Origin: Neolecta irregularis DAH-3
Lineage: Eukaryota
Direction of reading: 5' to 3'
Length of the DNA stretch: 46,055 nucleotides
Assembly (NCBI GenBank): GCA_001929475.1
Contig: LXFE01000181.1
Location: 1-46,055 of the forward strand
Part shown: one piece after another, positions 22,280-38,700 of the stretch
Position numbering within the stretch: position 1 is the first letter of the stretch
Layout: every line of letters begins with the position of its first letter
Made by a program: the position numbers and the translations under genes
Notes under the pieces: generated by a model
Database searches by the model: none
What the model saw: the letters and a program-made list of their open reading frames with translations, nothing else
Told to the model about the DNA's origin: nothing

Positions 22280-24153
22280 ATGCAATTCCGGCCGCTTTTT
22301 CTAGATACGAAAAATGACAAACTGGTACTTTTCCGGCATCAAAGCCGGTTGTGCCTGAAATTAACCGCTAACCTTCGCCTGCGAACTTTCTCGACATCAA
22401 GAGTCATGGTAAGATGCTCTTATTGCTTATGGTTACTGAAGGAAAAGTCGCTTCCCCAAGCATATAGAATAGAAAAGGACACTTTCGGAGAATTGAGAGT
22501 ATACAATTTTTCTTTCCATATTCTACAAACTTATGTTCAAGGTACCCGCTGATCGGTATTGGGGAGCCCAAACGCAGCGGTAAATTGTGCTTTCATATCC
22601 TTCTAACATCAGGTCTCTTCAAAATTTTGATATCGGCCAACCGACTGACAGGCTGCCTTTGCCTTTAATCAAAGCATTTGGAACACTCAAAAAGGCTGCT
22701 GCAATTGTGAATGTTGAATATGGCCTTGATCCTATAATCGGAAATGCTATCCAGCAAGCAGCAGACGAGGTATTCGACAATTATCCCGAATAAGAACTTA
22801 GATGGGAGATCATATCCGGAACACTAATTGATCACTTTCCTTTGGTTATCTTTCAAACAGGCTCCGGAACCCAGAGCAACATGAACACAAACGAGGTATA
22901 TATTTGTTTCCAGCAGTGTATTAACTTTGGAGGTTATCTCAAATCGAGCAATTGAAATACTTGGAGGAACAATGGGATCCAAGACCCCCGTTCACCCGAA
23001 TGACCATGTCAATATGTCGCAGTCTTCTAACGATACGTACACAGTCTTTCGTGATTTAGATCTAAATGGCAAGATTTCCTACAGTTATGCATATCGCCGC
23101 AACGCTAGAAATTCAACATCATCTTCTGCCCAATTTACAGAAGCTTCTCGCTGCTCTGAAAATCAAAGTCACCGAATTCTCAGATATCATTAAAATTGGA
23201 CGAACTCATCTTCAAGACGCTACTCCGTTGACCCTTGGTCAGGAATTCTCAGGATATGTCACTCAAATACAATATGGTATTGAGAGAGTCGAGAGTACGC
23301 TTCCTCGGTTGAAGAGGCTGGCGCAAGGTGGAACTGCCGTCGGTACTGTAAGTCAGCTCGTATTCTCATAACTGAAAATTCCAGGGTCTCAATACAAAGA
23401 AGGGATTCGATCATAAATTAGCAGAACAGGTTTCTAAACTTACGGGTGTGGCTTTTGAGACAGCGCCAAACAAAGTAAACAGGGTTCAAAACCATCCTGC
23501 TGATATTAGTTTGAAGCATTAGCAGCACATGATGCAATCGTAGAAGCATCAGGAGCTCTCAATACCCTCGCCTGTAGCTTGATGAAAATTGCAAATGACA
23601 TTCGACTACTCGGATCTGGTCCACGTTGTGGCTTGGGCGAGCTCATTTTACCAGAGAATGAGCCGGGTAAGCGTTACATATGATCTAGAAACTAAACAGC
23701 ATAGGTAGTAGTATCATGCCCGGAAAAGTCAATCCGACCCAGTGCGAAGCAATCACTATGGTCTGTGCTCAAGTCATGGGAAACAACACGACAATAACTA
23801 TTGCCGGTGCTAGCGGCCATTTTGAATTGAACGTCTTCAAGCCCGTGATGATTCGAAATCTTCTCCATAGTATTCGACTCATCTCTGACTCCAGCAGAAG
23901 TTTCACCAAAAAGTGTATAGTTGGTATCAAGGCTAACAAAGTACGTATCAGTCAACTTCTCAACGAAAGCCTTATGCTTGTAACCGCATTAAATCCACGA
24001 ATCGGATATGACAATGCTGCAAAGGTTGCAAAAACAGCGTATCAAGAAGGCACCACTCTTAGAGAAGCCGCTCTTAAGTTGGGATTTTTGAATGAAGAGG
24101 AATTTGATAACTGGGTTGATCCAAGCAAGATGCTTGGGCCTCAAGAATCATGA
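22280..24153 (+). CDS. FUM1: Fumarate hydratase class II with a mitochondrial presequence (9 introns)
   Basis: [70 protein letters not shown], signature [15 protein letters not shown]. Start may be 22250 or 22280. Confidence 0.95.
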
Positions 24154-25086
24154 GAATTCTAGTTGTCGTTTTTTCTAGTATGTTGAATTATGAACATCAA
24201 TATCTTATTGTCACATTAGTTGGATGTCATGATGCTATTGAGAGCTGCCAACTTGGGCCTTTCAGAACTTGAAATCAGAACATATTTTCTTTACTGCATT
24301 ATGATAAATTTGACTTTCCCTGTAGTATAACCTAGTCCTTGGTATAATTATGGCTAGTTGGGTATCTTTATAGAGGATATATATTTATAGAAGAGGACAA
24401 AGGTTATCCTGCTTTACGGCCTCTTCTCCTAAAATTGCTGCTATTAATACTTGGAAAATCGAAGAATTACCCGGCAAACTCGAGCTGGCCATGCTGCAAG
24501 AATAAATATAGAACTATGTATATAGACAACTGTCCACTGCGTTGCTGAAATATTGCTACTTATCACATGTTGAATAGGCTTTCGAGATGGTTTATCAAGA
24601 ATACCCTTAATCGTAGTTCGACTGCTTCAGAAGATAAGGAGAGACTGTTAGCTGCTACGTATGGTCAAGATTCTTTTCATAGATTAAGGTGTAGCTCAGA
24701 AGGAGTAGAGGAAAGTAAGATGGACGATTCAATTGCAAGTCATGCTCGACAACTTCCAAAAGCAAGGCAGAACTTTAAAGAACAGGGCCGAATACGAATC
24801 TACGGACTTAGACGATCGTAACAAGATGTCTTGATTGAAGAATAAAGATAATTCTTTGGGACTGGCATGTCCAACCACGATTTTGATAGAATCCCATGGA
24901 AATTTCGAATCCGAACTATGCAATTGTGTATTAAAAATCGATGCAGGCCAGATATTGTGGAAGCGTCACTATGGATCGGTTTAATTAATAGACTTTTCCC
25001 GAGTGCATTAGAATTGGTAACATATTATAATCCTTGTTGTAAATGGTATAAATGATTAGTTTAACCCTATATCTTGAGAGCCAGTT

Positions 25087-25265
25087 TGTAAACTTAACGC
25101 CTGAAGTTACAAATAAGACCTGATATTATTTCTAGCCTAAGTGTTGTAACTTAGGCAGGGTACAACTATATACTCCGCCTTTATGCCTGGCCATTAATGG
25201 CCGTAATATTATCCTGCGCCTTGTTACTGTATTGGTAAGGTATACCGGTTGGGTATTAACTTACA
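25087..25265 (+). mobile_element. Solo-LTR-like element, copy B
   Basis: TGTAAA...CTTACA termini, flanks CAGTT/CTGTT (4/5 target-site duplication); colinear similarity to copy C. Confidence 0.6.
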
Positions 25266-25487
25266 CTGTTCATACCCCACGATGAAATATTCCAGTGAAT
25301 CGGTATATCCTAAAAGATCTTCAGAATATAAATTCTTCATAAATAACATAAAGAATATTTTTTAAAATAACTCGAAAGCCATTTAACATGCAGAAAATAG
25401 ATTGACTACAGAAGAATTGAACATGAACTTTACAAGATCACAGCCATTTCTCCATAAAAGTAATGACAAGGTATCCAACCACCAACT

Positions 25488-29423
<3,936 letters not shown>

Positions 29424-29487
29424 GAAATGCAAGACCTTTTAAATAAAATAGATGTTTAGACCACCTTTGGTATCATGATTTTCTTTT

Positions 29488-30479
29488 CTAGCTTACAAGT
29501 CCCTGTACATGATTATACCGTTGATGTGTCAAGGCTATGCAGTTTGATAATATATCCGGCAAGATATTAGACCCAGCAAATGAAACGTGAGCTAATTGAC
29601 CATCTGATCCATGCATTATGGTGACATTTTCCGAAATCAGGTCTTCTTCGTCTTCTGTTAGATCTGCAAGCACGTGCTTTCTAAAACTGTAAGCTGAGAT
29701 CTCTTGTCTTCCAATACCCCTTAAACAGACCGTATGAGAAGGAATATAATATACGGTTTAAACGTACTGGCCTTTTCCCTTCTTTACACAGTACTGCTTG
29801 TGTATCTTCATTCCAATAAGCAATTGGTAAAGTAGTGCTCTCAAGAGCTGAGATGAAGGCCAACCAAGCTGAATCAAATGCATTGCCGTCAAGGTTTAAG
29901 CAAGTGATTTCTGCGTATAGCACCCAGGCGACCTTTCCCGGCTCAATGCATAGATCTGCTAACGAAAGCAATTTCGAACTACACGTCAAAAGAGCCGAGC
30001 TGAAAATCTTTTTACGACTGAAATATCGAATATATGCGCTCACTCATGGCTTGAGCCATATCGCTGGGTGGTCCAGGTCGCAGCTTTGGTGAACACATTG
30101 GCGAAAAATCCACATTTGGAACTGTATGTGAGTCTTTTATGTTGAATAATCAAATAATATCATACCAACCCATCCTTGGTTGGGATTTTGAATATCTGGT
30201 TCAGCTGTTTCTGCACGGATTCCACAAATAAATATTGTACTTCCACATCTCACTAAACAAGACCCGTTTGTATCTGACAAGGCATTGCTTTGCACAGTCA
30301 ACGATCTTGATTCAGAAAATTTGCGACCGTCTGGCCGTATTCCGTTCTCTATAAATTTTCGTTGATACTCTTCAGGTAATATGCATTTAAAGGCCCTAAA
30401 TAATTGAAACCTCGCTCATCAAAGCACGAGAATACTCTGCAGACAAATCTAGATTATAAGATGCTCCTTGATCTGTCAT
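29488..30479 (-). CDS. RRP43: Exosome complex RNase PH-like subunit Rrp43 (4 introns)
   Basis: RKFIENGIRPDGR, GWVVPNVDFSPMCSPKLRPGPPSDMAQ, DLCIEPGKVAWVLYAEITCLNLDGNAFD, LADLTEDEE. Confidence 0.88.
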
Positions 30480-30566
30480 TTAACAATAATCGTGGTTACT
30501 TCGTGAAATTAGGCAAAAGTCGCGAATTCTTTTGACTCTGGAGGACTTATTCAACAACCACTTGAA

Positions 30567-32427
30567 ATGGACATTTTACGATTACTAACAACTGGCGCAA
30601 AATTCAGAGGAGACAGGAAATTTAAACACGATCACGATGTAGTTGATGGCAAATCATCATCTTCGCATGCGGAAATATCGGCATTATCAAGTGATATCAA
30701 AAAGGAACTCGATTTCTTCCACGATAGGCCTTCACCTGTCAATATATCTGCAAAAGCAAAAAAGGACAAGGCTTCAAAAAAAAGGAAAATAGAGGACGAT
30801 TCTGGTGAAGGTACTCATGAAGCCTATCTACACGACACTCATGAACAAGATCATAAAGTCTTGAGAATATCAGCTCAAGATTTGCGCAAAATCAATCGAA
30901 TCAAAGTCACCGGGTCGGATCCACCGGATCCAATATCTTCCTTTTCAGACCTTCTTTCTCGATATGCCGTCAAACCTTTTCTAAAACAAAATCTTCAAAA
31001 GCACAACTTTTCGACGCCAACTCCTGTGCAAATGCAAGCAATACCTATACTCCTCGAAGGGCGTGATTTGATGACGTGTGCGCCTACTGGCACGGGAAAA
31101 ACTTTGGCTTTTTTAGTCCCATTATTACAAGAACTTATGGGGCACAAAAAGGTTGGCTATAGAGCGGTCATCTTGAGTCCCACTAGAGAGCTGGCAAAGC
31201 AAGTTATGAATACTGCTAGTGTAAATCTGACTTTGAAGATACACAACGAAATTAAATGGCTCTCTGAAGGACGCAACTTTAAGATTTGTATGTTGACAAA
31301 AGCGACAGCTTCTACTCAAGCTCATGATCCAACGGCTCGGGCAAATTACGATATCATTGTTTCAACTCCCCTGAGACTTGTCCACGAACTGAAACAAGGC
31401 CATATCAAACTCGATTCGTACATTAGATCATTTTTCTTGGCTCATTTGTAGTGTACGGCACTTCATTTTTGACGAAGCGGACAAGCTATTTGAACTCAGT
31501 TTTTTGGAGCAGATCGATGAGATACTGGCAGCATGTACTTGTCAGAAGTTGCAGAAAGCCATGTTCAGTGCTACCTTACCTTCAGAAGTAGAGAGAATGG
31601 CCAAAACACTTATGAAAGATCCTATCCGTGTGATAATTGGTACAAAGTATATCAGGATACATGATCTGCAATATTAATCAACTTAGAGACGCCGCCACTA
31701 ATACAGTTGAACAGAGCATTGTGTATACCGGTACAGAAGAAGGGAAACTTACTGCCATTCGTCAGCTTATCAGTTCTGGAGGAATTCAGCCACCTGTGCT
31801 AATATTCGTACAGTCAATAGATCGAGCTAAAGCTCTCTTTACTGAACTCGTCTACGATGGAATAAATGTGGATGTCATCCACGGTGAACGAACGAAAGCA
31901 CAACGTGATGCCGTTATCGAAAGATTCCAGAGCGGAGAGATCTGGGTATTAATATGTAGCGAGATCCTTGCCCGTGGGATTGATTTCAAAGGAGTGGCAA
32001 AGGTTATCAATTACGACTGTCCTCAAACCGTACAAAGCTATGTACACAGGATAGGTCGAACCGGGCGAGCTGGCCGATCCGGTGAAGCTGTAACTTTTGT
32101 TACAAAGGCTGATTCTGAACATTTACGAAGGTAAAACTTGATCATATCAAATTCTGAATTGTAGTATCGCCAATGTGATGAAACAGAGCGGCTGCAAAGT
32201 GTCTAACTGGATGCTGAAGCTTCCTAAACCCAGCAAGAACACCAAGAAAAAGCTAAAGAAACGGCCTGTAACTCGTGAGATTATATCGACTGTACCAAAA
32301 GTACTACAAGAGGCCAGAGCACATAAAAAGTATATCTAACAAACGTGAGTTGGCTGATTCGCACAGGGATATGATTGAAAATTCTAAAAAGCGGATGAAA
32401 ATCGTGTCCAACGAGAAAGGTGTATAA
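30567..32427 (+). CDS. ROK1: DEAD-box RNA helicase Rok1/DDX52 (5 introns)
   Basis: [14 protein letters not shown]-terminus, [65 protein letters not shown]. Confidence 0.94.
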
Positions 32428-32887
32428 TATCACGCCTCTGCTACCATGTAGATGAGTGGCTTTCATCGGTATATTCACAAAAGTTGTAGTCAGTCGTATG
32501 GAAACTCTATATTCGCTTCCTGTGATACTTTCTTGCTCAGAAAATGATCGAATGTCATTGAGGAAGCTATTGATAGACCACAAACACGAATAGATAGGTA
32601 ATTGCCTCCTTTAATATAAATTTGCTATCCTCGTCGAGCAATTCTTTAGGAATTTCATTTCACTATAGTAATTATTCATATCAAAGTTGCACCGTTTTCC
32701 ATCATTTTACAAAATTTATGGAGAAAATTAAAAAAGTATCAAAATCATGCAATCTATCTTTCCTTTGATTGAAGAGCAGTGGTAATTACTTATCACTGAT
32801 ATTCGTGTCGATAAGCTTAAAGGTTTTCGAAAAAGGTACAATCTGATATCTTGCAAAAGGTATTCGGTCGAGGATTAACAGCCTTTT

Positions 32888-33059
32888 TGTAAGTTGTAGG
32901 ACGAAAGTATAAATAAGACAAAGGTTTATTCGCTAGCCTAGTATTGTATACTTGGCTTGGTATATATATCTTATCCTCCCATTATAAATACTTTGCTTTT
33001 AATGGCCCAAAATTATCCTACGCCTCGTTGCCGTATTAGTAAAACGGTATATCCTTACA
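32888..33059 (+). mobile_element. Solo-LTR-like element, copy C
   Basis: Perfect 6-bp terminal inverted repeat TGTAAG/CTTACA; flanks CCTTT(T)/CCTTT approximate a 5-bp target-site duplication. Confidence 0.65.
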
Positions 33060-33669
33060 CCTTTCGAGTGCCAAATATTACTTTACTACTCTTTCGCTTA
33101 GTTTCTCCTATTTTTCAAGAAATAGAAATATCAAGTCCAGTTTAGAGCCTTTGAGTCATTCTGTCAACTCCAACCATTTGAACCTGCTTGCTGACAAAAC
33201 TCTCCAACCATTATGATTCGTCTAGAAAATCGAAAGTATCTCGAAGCTACCGGTCGCCTTGCTTTATTCTAAATTATACGTTTAGCTTTTTCAGTAGTCT
33301 TGTATCATCGAAGAAGGAGTTTACAACCCAAAAAATATCGCACTTGTGTTCTAAACTATTGTTGGTTTTCGGTCGTGATGTCCACCCTCAAAGCTCTCAA
33401 GTTGAAAAAGATACAAGCAGTTTCTCTTGTGTATCAATACAAATATATCACAAATGTTTAATTTTCTCTGGCTTTTAAACTCAGTTAAGCATATGTATAA
33501 TAGCACTTTGCACGATACTGGAGGCACATTAACTTCCAAACCGAGCGACATCCACTCTTCCTCCATCCACCTTCCCATACGGCATTATCTGTTTCGCGTC
33601 TAAAACAAAAGGCTCCTTAGTATATTTCACTTTTCACATCACAAAACTTTCGCGCGGTAAGCGTTAGCA

Positions 33670-35570
33670 ATGTCGGGGCCGTTAGATCTTTCCATGGGTA
33701 GTCCCATCGCGAAATCTCTGCAGGTGTTGATCCTCTTTTTTTTGTTTCAATACCAATGCTTCAGGATCTGATTCAGGCGAAACTTGTTGAGCGCAGATAT
33801 ACGACAGCTGATGGTTTTTATATTCTTGGCATCTTAAGCTAGGGAGACTGACTTTTCAAGATTCATCTCAGTTTGCAGAGTTCATCACCGTTATGGTTTG
33901 CTTGCTCCGCTTGAGATGAAAGCAGTAACCTTTCTTAGATATCAAATGGGAAAAATAGACAGCAAGTATCGGTAGAGTTAGGAGACCGTATGGGTTTTTG
34001 AATGGTGGTTTTAATCAATTAGTCATCGGGCCAGAGTTCGACATTGCGTTCACAGAATGGATATTTAAACAGCTCGAAATATTGCAGTACCCACAAGGCA
34101 ACGGAGAAATTCGGGACGAGACAATAGGCTCAGACCAAATGGATATGGATATTACACCTGGAGGTAAACCCTCTCGCGGAACCGCGCGTTCAAATCCATA
34201 CCCCGCACCAAGGTTTTTCAATCAAATTACCAAATCCATGGAGAGATCAACTTCATCGGATAGAAGACGCCGGTCTCCTCCAAATGTTAGCCCCAATCTA
34301 AGCACGGGGATTCCCACTGGTCCCCGTGCTATGAGGGAAGATCAGCCGAATGGACATCGCAATGTCAGACGGTATAATAACCAAGGCCCGCTTCGAGGAC
34401 CTATGGGAAATGCGAAATTACCATATACGAGTATACCACCACAAGTCGAGAATGGGTTTTTGATCAATCCAAATTTCGGGAGAAACCTACATGAACGAAT
34501 GGGATTGCCAAATCCAGATGAGAACCTCACTGTCGTTACACCAAAACCTAGGTGTCGACATTGGCCTACCTGCCAACTAGGCGCAACCTGTAAATTCTCC
34601 CATCCATCACAACTATGCCAGTAATTTTTTCCTGTTTGAAGTATTGCTGATTTTCTCAAGGAAATTTCCAAATTGTCCGAATATGACAGGTACATGCCCA
34701 GACATTCATCCAGATGATCAAATATTGCAACAACCGCCATCGAGTTTCCAAGTGCCCTTCAACAGTAATCCGTTTCCACAGATGAATCAGTTCAATTCAG
34801 GCCCCTTCCAACCGCCATATTCGTCATTCCAAGTAAAAACTTTTGTTCCGCCGGTTCATCATGTCCCAGATCTTGGTCAGAAAGATCTCAAAGGAGACAG
34901 CCCAGTCTGTAAATTTGCAGATAAGGTATTTATTTTTCGTGTCAACCCAGAGTTAACATTTCCAGTGCACTAAAGCTGATGTATGGAATATATTCTTGCA
35001 GTACTTGTTGACTCGTTAGTGCCCATTCGCTCACCCAACTCCTGCTGCGGAGCCTGGAAAGGGTTTGATTTTAAGAGAGGAAAGATGCGATGCTGGAAAA
35101 CAATGCAGCAACCCCGAAGTACCTGTTTTCCAGAACCATTCCGCTGATTAATAGTGCGATAAAGTTCATCCATCACCAGCTATCCTGACTGAAACCTCTA
35201 CAAATTCTCAAGAAACGTGCAAATTCTTTCCCAACTGCAAGAACCCTTCATGCACGTTTAAACAGTATTTTGCCATACATCATATCCCGACTCACAAATT
35301 AGCGAGGCAACAAAGGTTCCAGTTCTTTGCCGTAATGGAGAAAATTGCACTCGACCCGGCTGCCACTTTATTCATCCGATCCCGGTAAAATGCCGGTTTG
35401 GAGTTCGGTGTACCAATGAAATCTGCCATTTCCAGCATCCGGAACGAGCACCGGTGGTGAGCAGAAACATGGTTTGGAGAGCAGAAGACCATGTTAGTGA
35501 ACGGCCTTTTGCTGCCCCAAGCTCAACAGAAACCTTGGCAGTAATCAAGGATGAGGTAATGGTCGAATAG
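33670..35570 (+). CDS. NAB2: Nuclear poly(A)-binding CCCH zinc-finger protein Nab2-like (9 introns, 15-nt microexon)
   Basis: N-terminal PWI-like region (FAEFITVMISNGKN..FTEWIF) and seven CCCH fingers after splicing, e.g. CRHWPTCQLGATCKFSH, CKFFPNCKNPSCTFKH, CRNGENCTRPGCHFIH; C-terminal HVSERPF. Confidence 0.85.
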
Positions 35571-35711
35571 ATAAAATGATTGGAGAAAAAGAACTGGCTT
35601 TCCTATGTGTATAATAAAATTGGCATTTATGCTTTTGCAATCTACCGAATCCATTTGGAGCAGATTTCGCAAAAAGATTCCTAGACATCCACCAAATATC
35701 TCCACACTGCA

Positions 35712-38700
35712 ATGAAGAAGCCCAAAAAGAAAGGAACAGATTCTTTGCGCAAACATCAAGTAAATAAAAACGAAATCCAGACGATATATGCCAACGTCAA
35801 TAGTTCAAATCGTTTTCGCAGAGAATCGACAATATCCATATTGATGTATCACACCATATCAACCGTCGCATTGATGATGAAGATCACGTAAATTCTGTCG
35901 CGCCTTCTCATCTCATTAGCTATTCTAGTATGCTTCTTATTTTCAAGAGGCCTTAGAATCATGGACTGGATTAAATCTTACGACAAATTTTGTCATGTTC
36001 CATCGCGAGGTACGGGATTTATCTTCAACGTTCCCTCAGCTCCTCTACAACAAAGATCGCGTGGTTGATTTATTGGAAAAATATATTTTGAAAAAAGACC
36101 CACTTTCTCTGCAGCCATTTCTAGAGTATTCATACTTTTTCGTTTGAAAGGATTAACGCAAAGTTTGACCGTGCAACTTATGCGAGATTTTGGTGCGGAT
36201 TCCATGAAATATTTTGAACGGATCATGTCTCTATTGATAGAGCTGGTTTGCGTCCAAGAAGCTGAGACTCTGGAGGTATATTATCCACCTGTGGTGTGAT
36301 AAATTAACGGTCTGTAGCAAATCTTTAGCTGCCTGGCGTCAATATTCAAATTTCTGTCGAAGTATCTTGTTCCAGATCTTCCAAGAGTCTTTGAGTATAT
36401 TATCTCATCTCCAATATTAAAAGCTGAAGAAAAGTATTATACACCCACTCCTTGGCTCTACAAAACAAAAGTCGTTCGTTTCCAGATTCGCTTCCGAAGC
36501 TTTTGCCTTTTTGCTTAGAAGAGCAAGATCCCTGCAAGTGATCGCTTTTATACAACATATAGTTCGTTTCATTGATTCAAACACCCCGGAAAGGCTCATC
36601 ACAAGCGTCTCAATGATTCTTGTTGATGCCGCAAAGGTAATAGCAATTTCACTTTCACCCAAACTTATTTTTAGGGTGCCAATCGAACTTTGCATTCTCG
36701 AGCAACAGATCTATTCGCCAACCTTCTGCAGTGTCAGCAACGGACTGGTATATTCGTTGAATGGACCCATTCTTAAAGTGTAGTACAACTAAATACAATA
36801 ACGTCCAATTTCTTCATCGCCATCCTGAATTTTACCGAGAAAATTCCACTCCAACCACTTATTGTCACATTGGTCGAACAAATTGAAAGATGGAAAGACT
36901 TTTCTGAACTGTGGTCTTCGCAAGGCGAGCTTTTAATCGCTCTTGCTTTGGTGCTGGCGACCTTGAGAAATGGAAATCGTATAGCGGATTGGAGCCAGAT
37001 GGCGGATTTGTGCATTTCGGTTATGGATAAATGCAGGTTTTCTGATGAATTATCGATTCGAGCGTTACTATGGGCGACTGCTATTATTCATTATTCGGAT
37101 TTTCAAACAGTGACAAAAGAAAATAGTGGCTTACTTGATGCTATTCAATCATCTTTAGTAATGCATGGTCAACGTATATTACTAACCATTTCATAGGATC
37201 CCACTTTCTTCATTTCATTCTCTGGTCTTTTGGCCGAGAGGTCGCCTGAGAGATTCACCAATTTTGTTCTCCCAGCCCTCCATCGGTACAGAATATATGC
37301 CTAGATTATACTCATAACAGATTTATAACCGAGAACTGGGCTGAGCAAACCGAACGGATCAAATTACTGTTAATTCGACTACGTTCTCGGGGCATGTTAA
37401 AAGCGGGCAGCGTGTCGAAAATACTTGCAGCTAACGGATCACTGAAAATTTCATCCGGTCATCCATTAATCATTGAACTATCGAACTTTCTCGCCGAGTT
37501 ACAGCGAGAAATATCAAATAAAAATTTCGAACCATCGCAATTCATGGACTCAGCTGAAAAATTGAGTGCTATATGTCTCAATTTTGAATTTATGAAGACA
37601 ATTTCATTTCCAGTCGAATCCTTTCGCGATAAACTGATCAGTCTTATAGTAATGTTGTTCCAAATCGAATCAACGGCAAGTAATACGTCCTCAATCGGAT
37701 TACTCATTGGAAAATTATCAAGTTGTTTATCACATGTTTCAACAGTCGAACCTCCAATAAAATTCGAATTGCCACATGACCTCTGCTTTTCCATGTTAGC
37801 AGGTACAAGAGTCCATGGCCGCAATACAGTATTTCTACAAGGACTTTTTGAAATCATATGTTGCAATCCTGACAATTTCGAGATCAGTGAATCTCAGCTG
37901 ATTGATATCTTGCGAGATTTGGACAGAAATCTAGCCCTACCCGGAGGCCATAGGAGATCATTGACTCTAAGAGTCCTCAACTCAGTGTTTCGTATCGCTA
38001 GAAAATCCGAATCTACTGTCTTGTCTACATGTCAGGCCATCGCAGATTCTCCTCTCGACATCGCCTCTGCTCGGAATGTCTCGTTGCTCTTGCGTAAACT
38101 GCGCACTGAAAGCCTTCTCAGACTAGATGTGTGCTTGGCTCGTGTTTTGCCATTATTTTGTTTCGGTATATCCATCTAGTTATTGAAGTCGCTCATACGA
38201 CAGGAACTTTACTGGTGAATTTCACACCGATCTGGTCTGATGCTATCAAATCAATAACTCATATGGCCGAAAGTTCACCAGAGTTGATCTGGGAGATCAT
38301 TCAGCACCAGCTGTGCGACAAAATGGAAGATCAACTTAGCTTGACGTTGCACAATTCAATTTCAGAGCAACAGAATTCACAGGAAAACTATGGCGATTTG
38401 TCCATGTTTCACTGCATTGAATCAGAGAAGCTTTTTGCTTTGGGAAAACTCTGGCAGAATCTAGCCTTGAAAAATGCTGGAGATTGTCTCAATGTATCAT
38501 TATTAGAACACAATGGCAATACTTATGACATAGATTTCAGAGGACGACTCTACTAACTCACCCGATACGAGATCACAAGCCTTGAAAGTGCTGTTAGAAA
38601 TCCCACATTTCGCAGAGAAATACACGAGAACTCTAGTACCTATCTTTATTCAGCAATTCGAAGAGCAGGCTTCAGGTATCTTAAATCGCTATCCAAGATT

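Noticed and set aside
24567-25055. Short ORFs between FUM1 and SMC5 as a gene or transposase
   Set aside because: No identifiable domain; may be decayed sequence but this is unsupported without a search.
33130-33578. Possible small minus-strand gene divergent from NAB2
   Set aside because: All frames are interrupted and I could not build a convincing spliced product.
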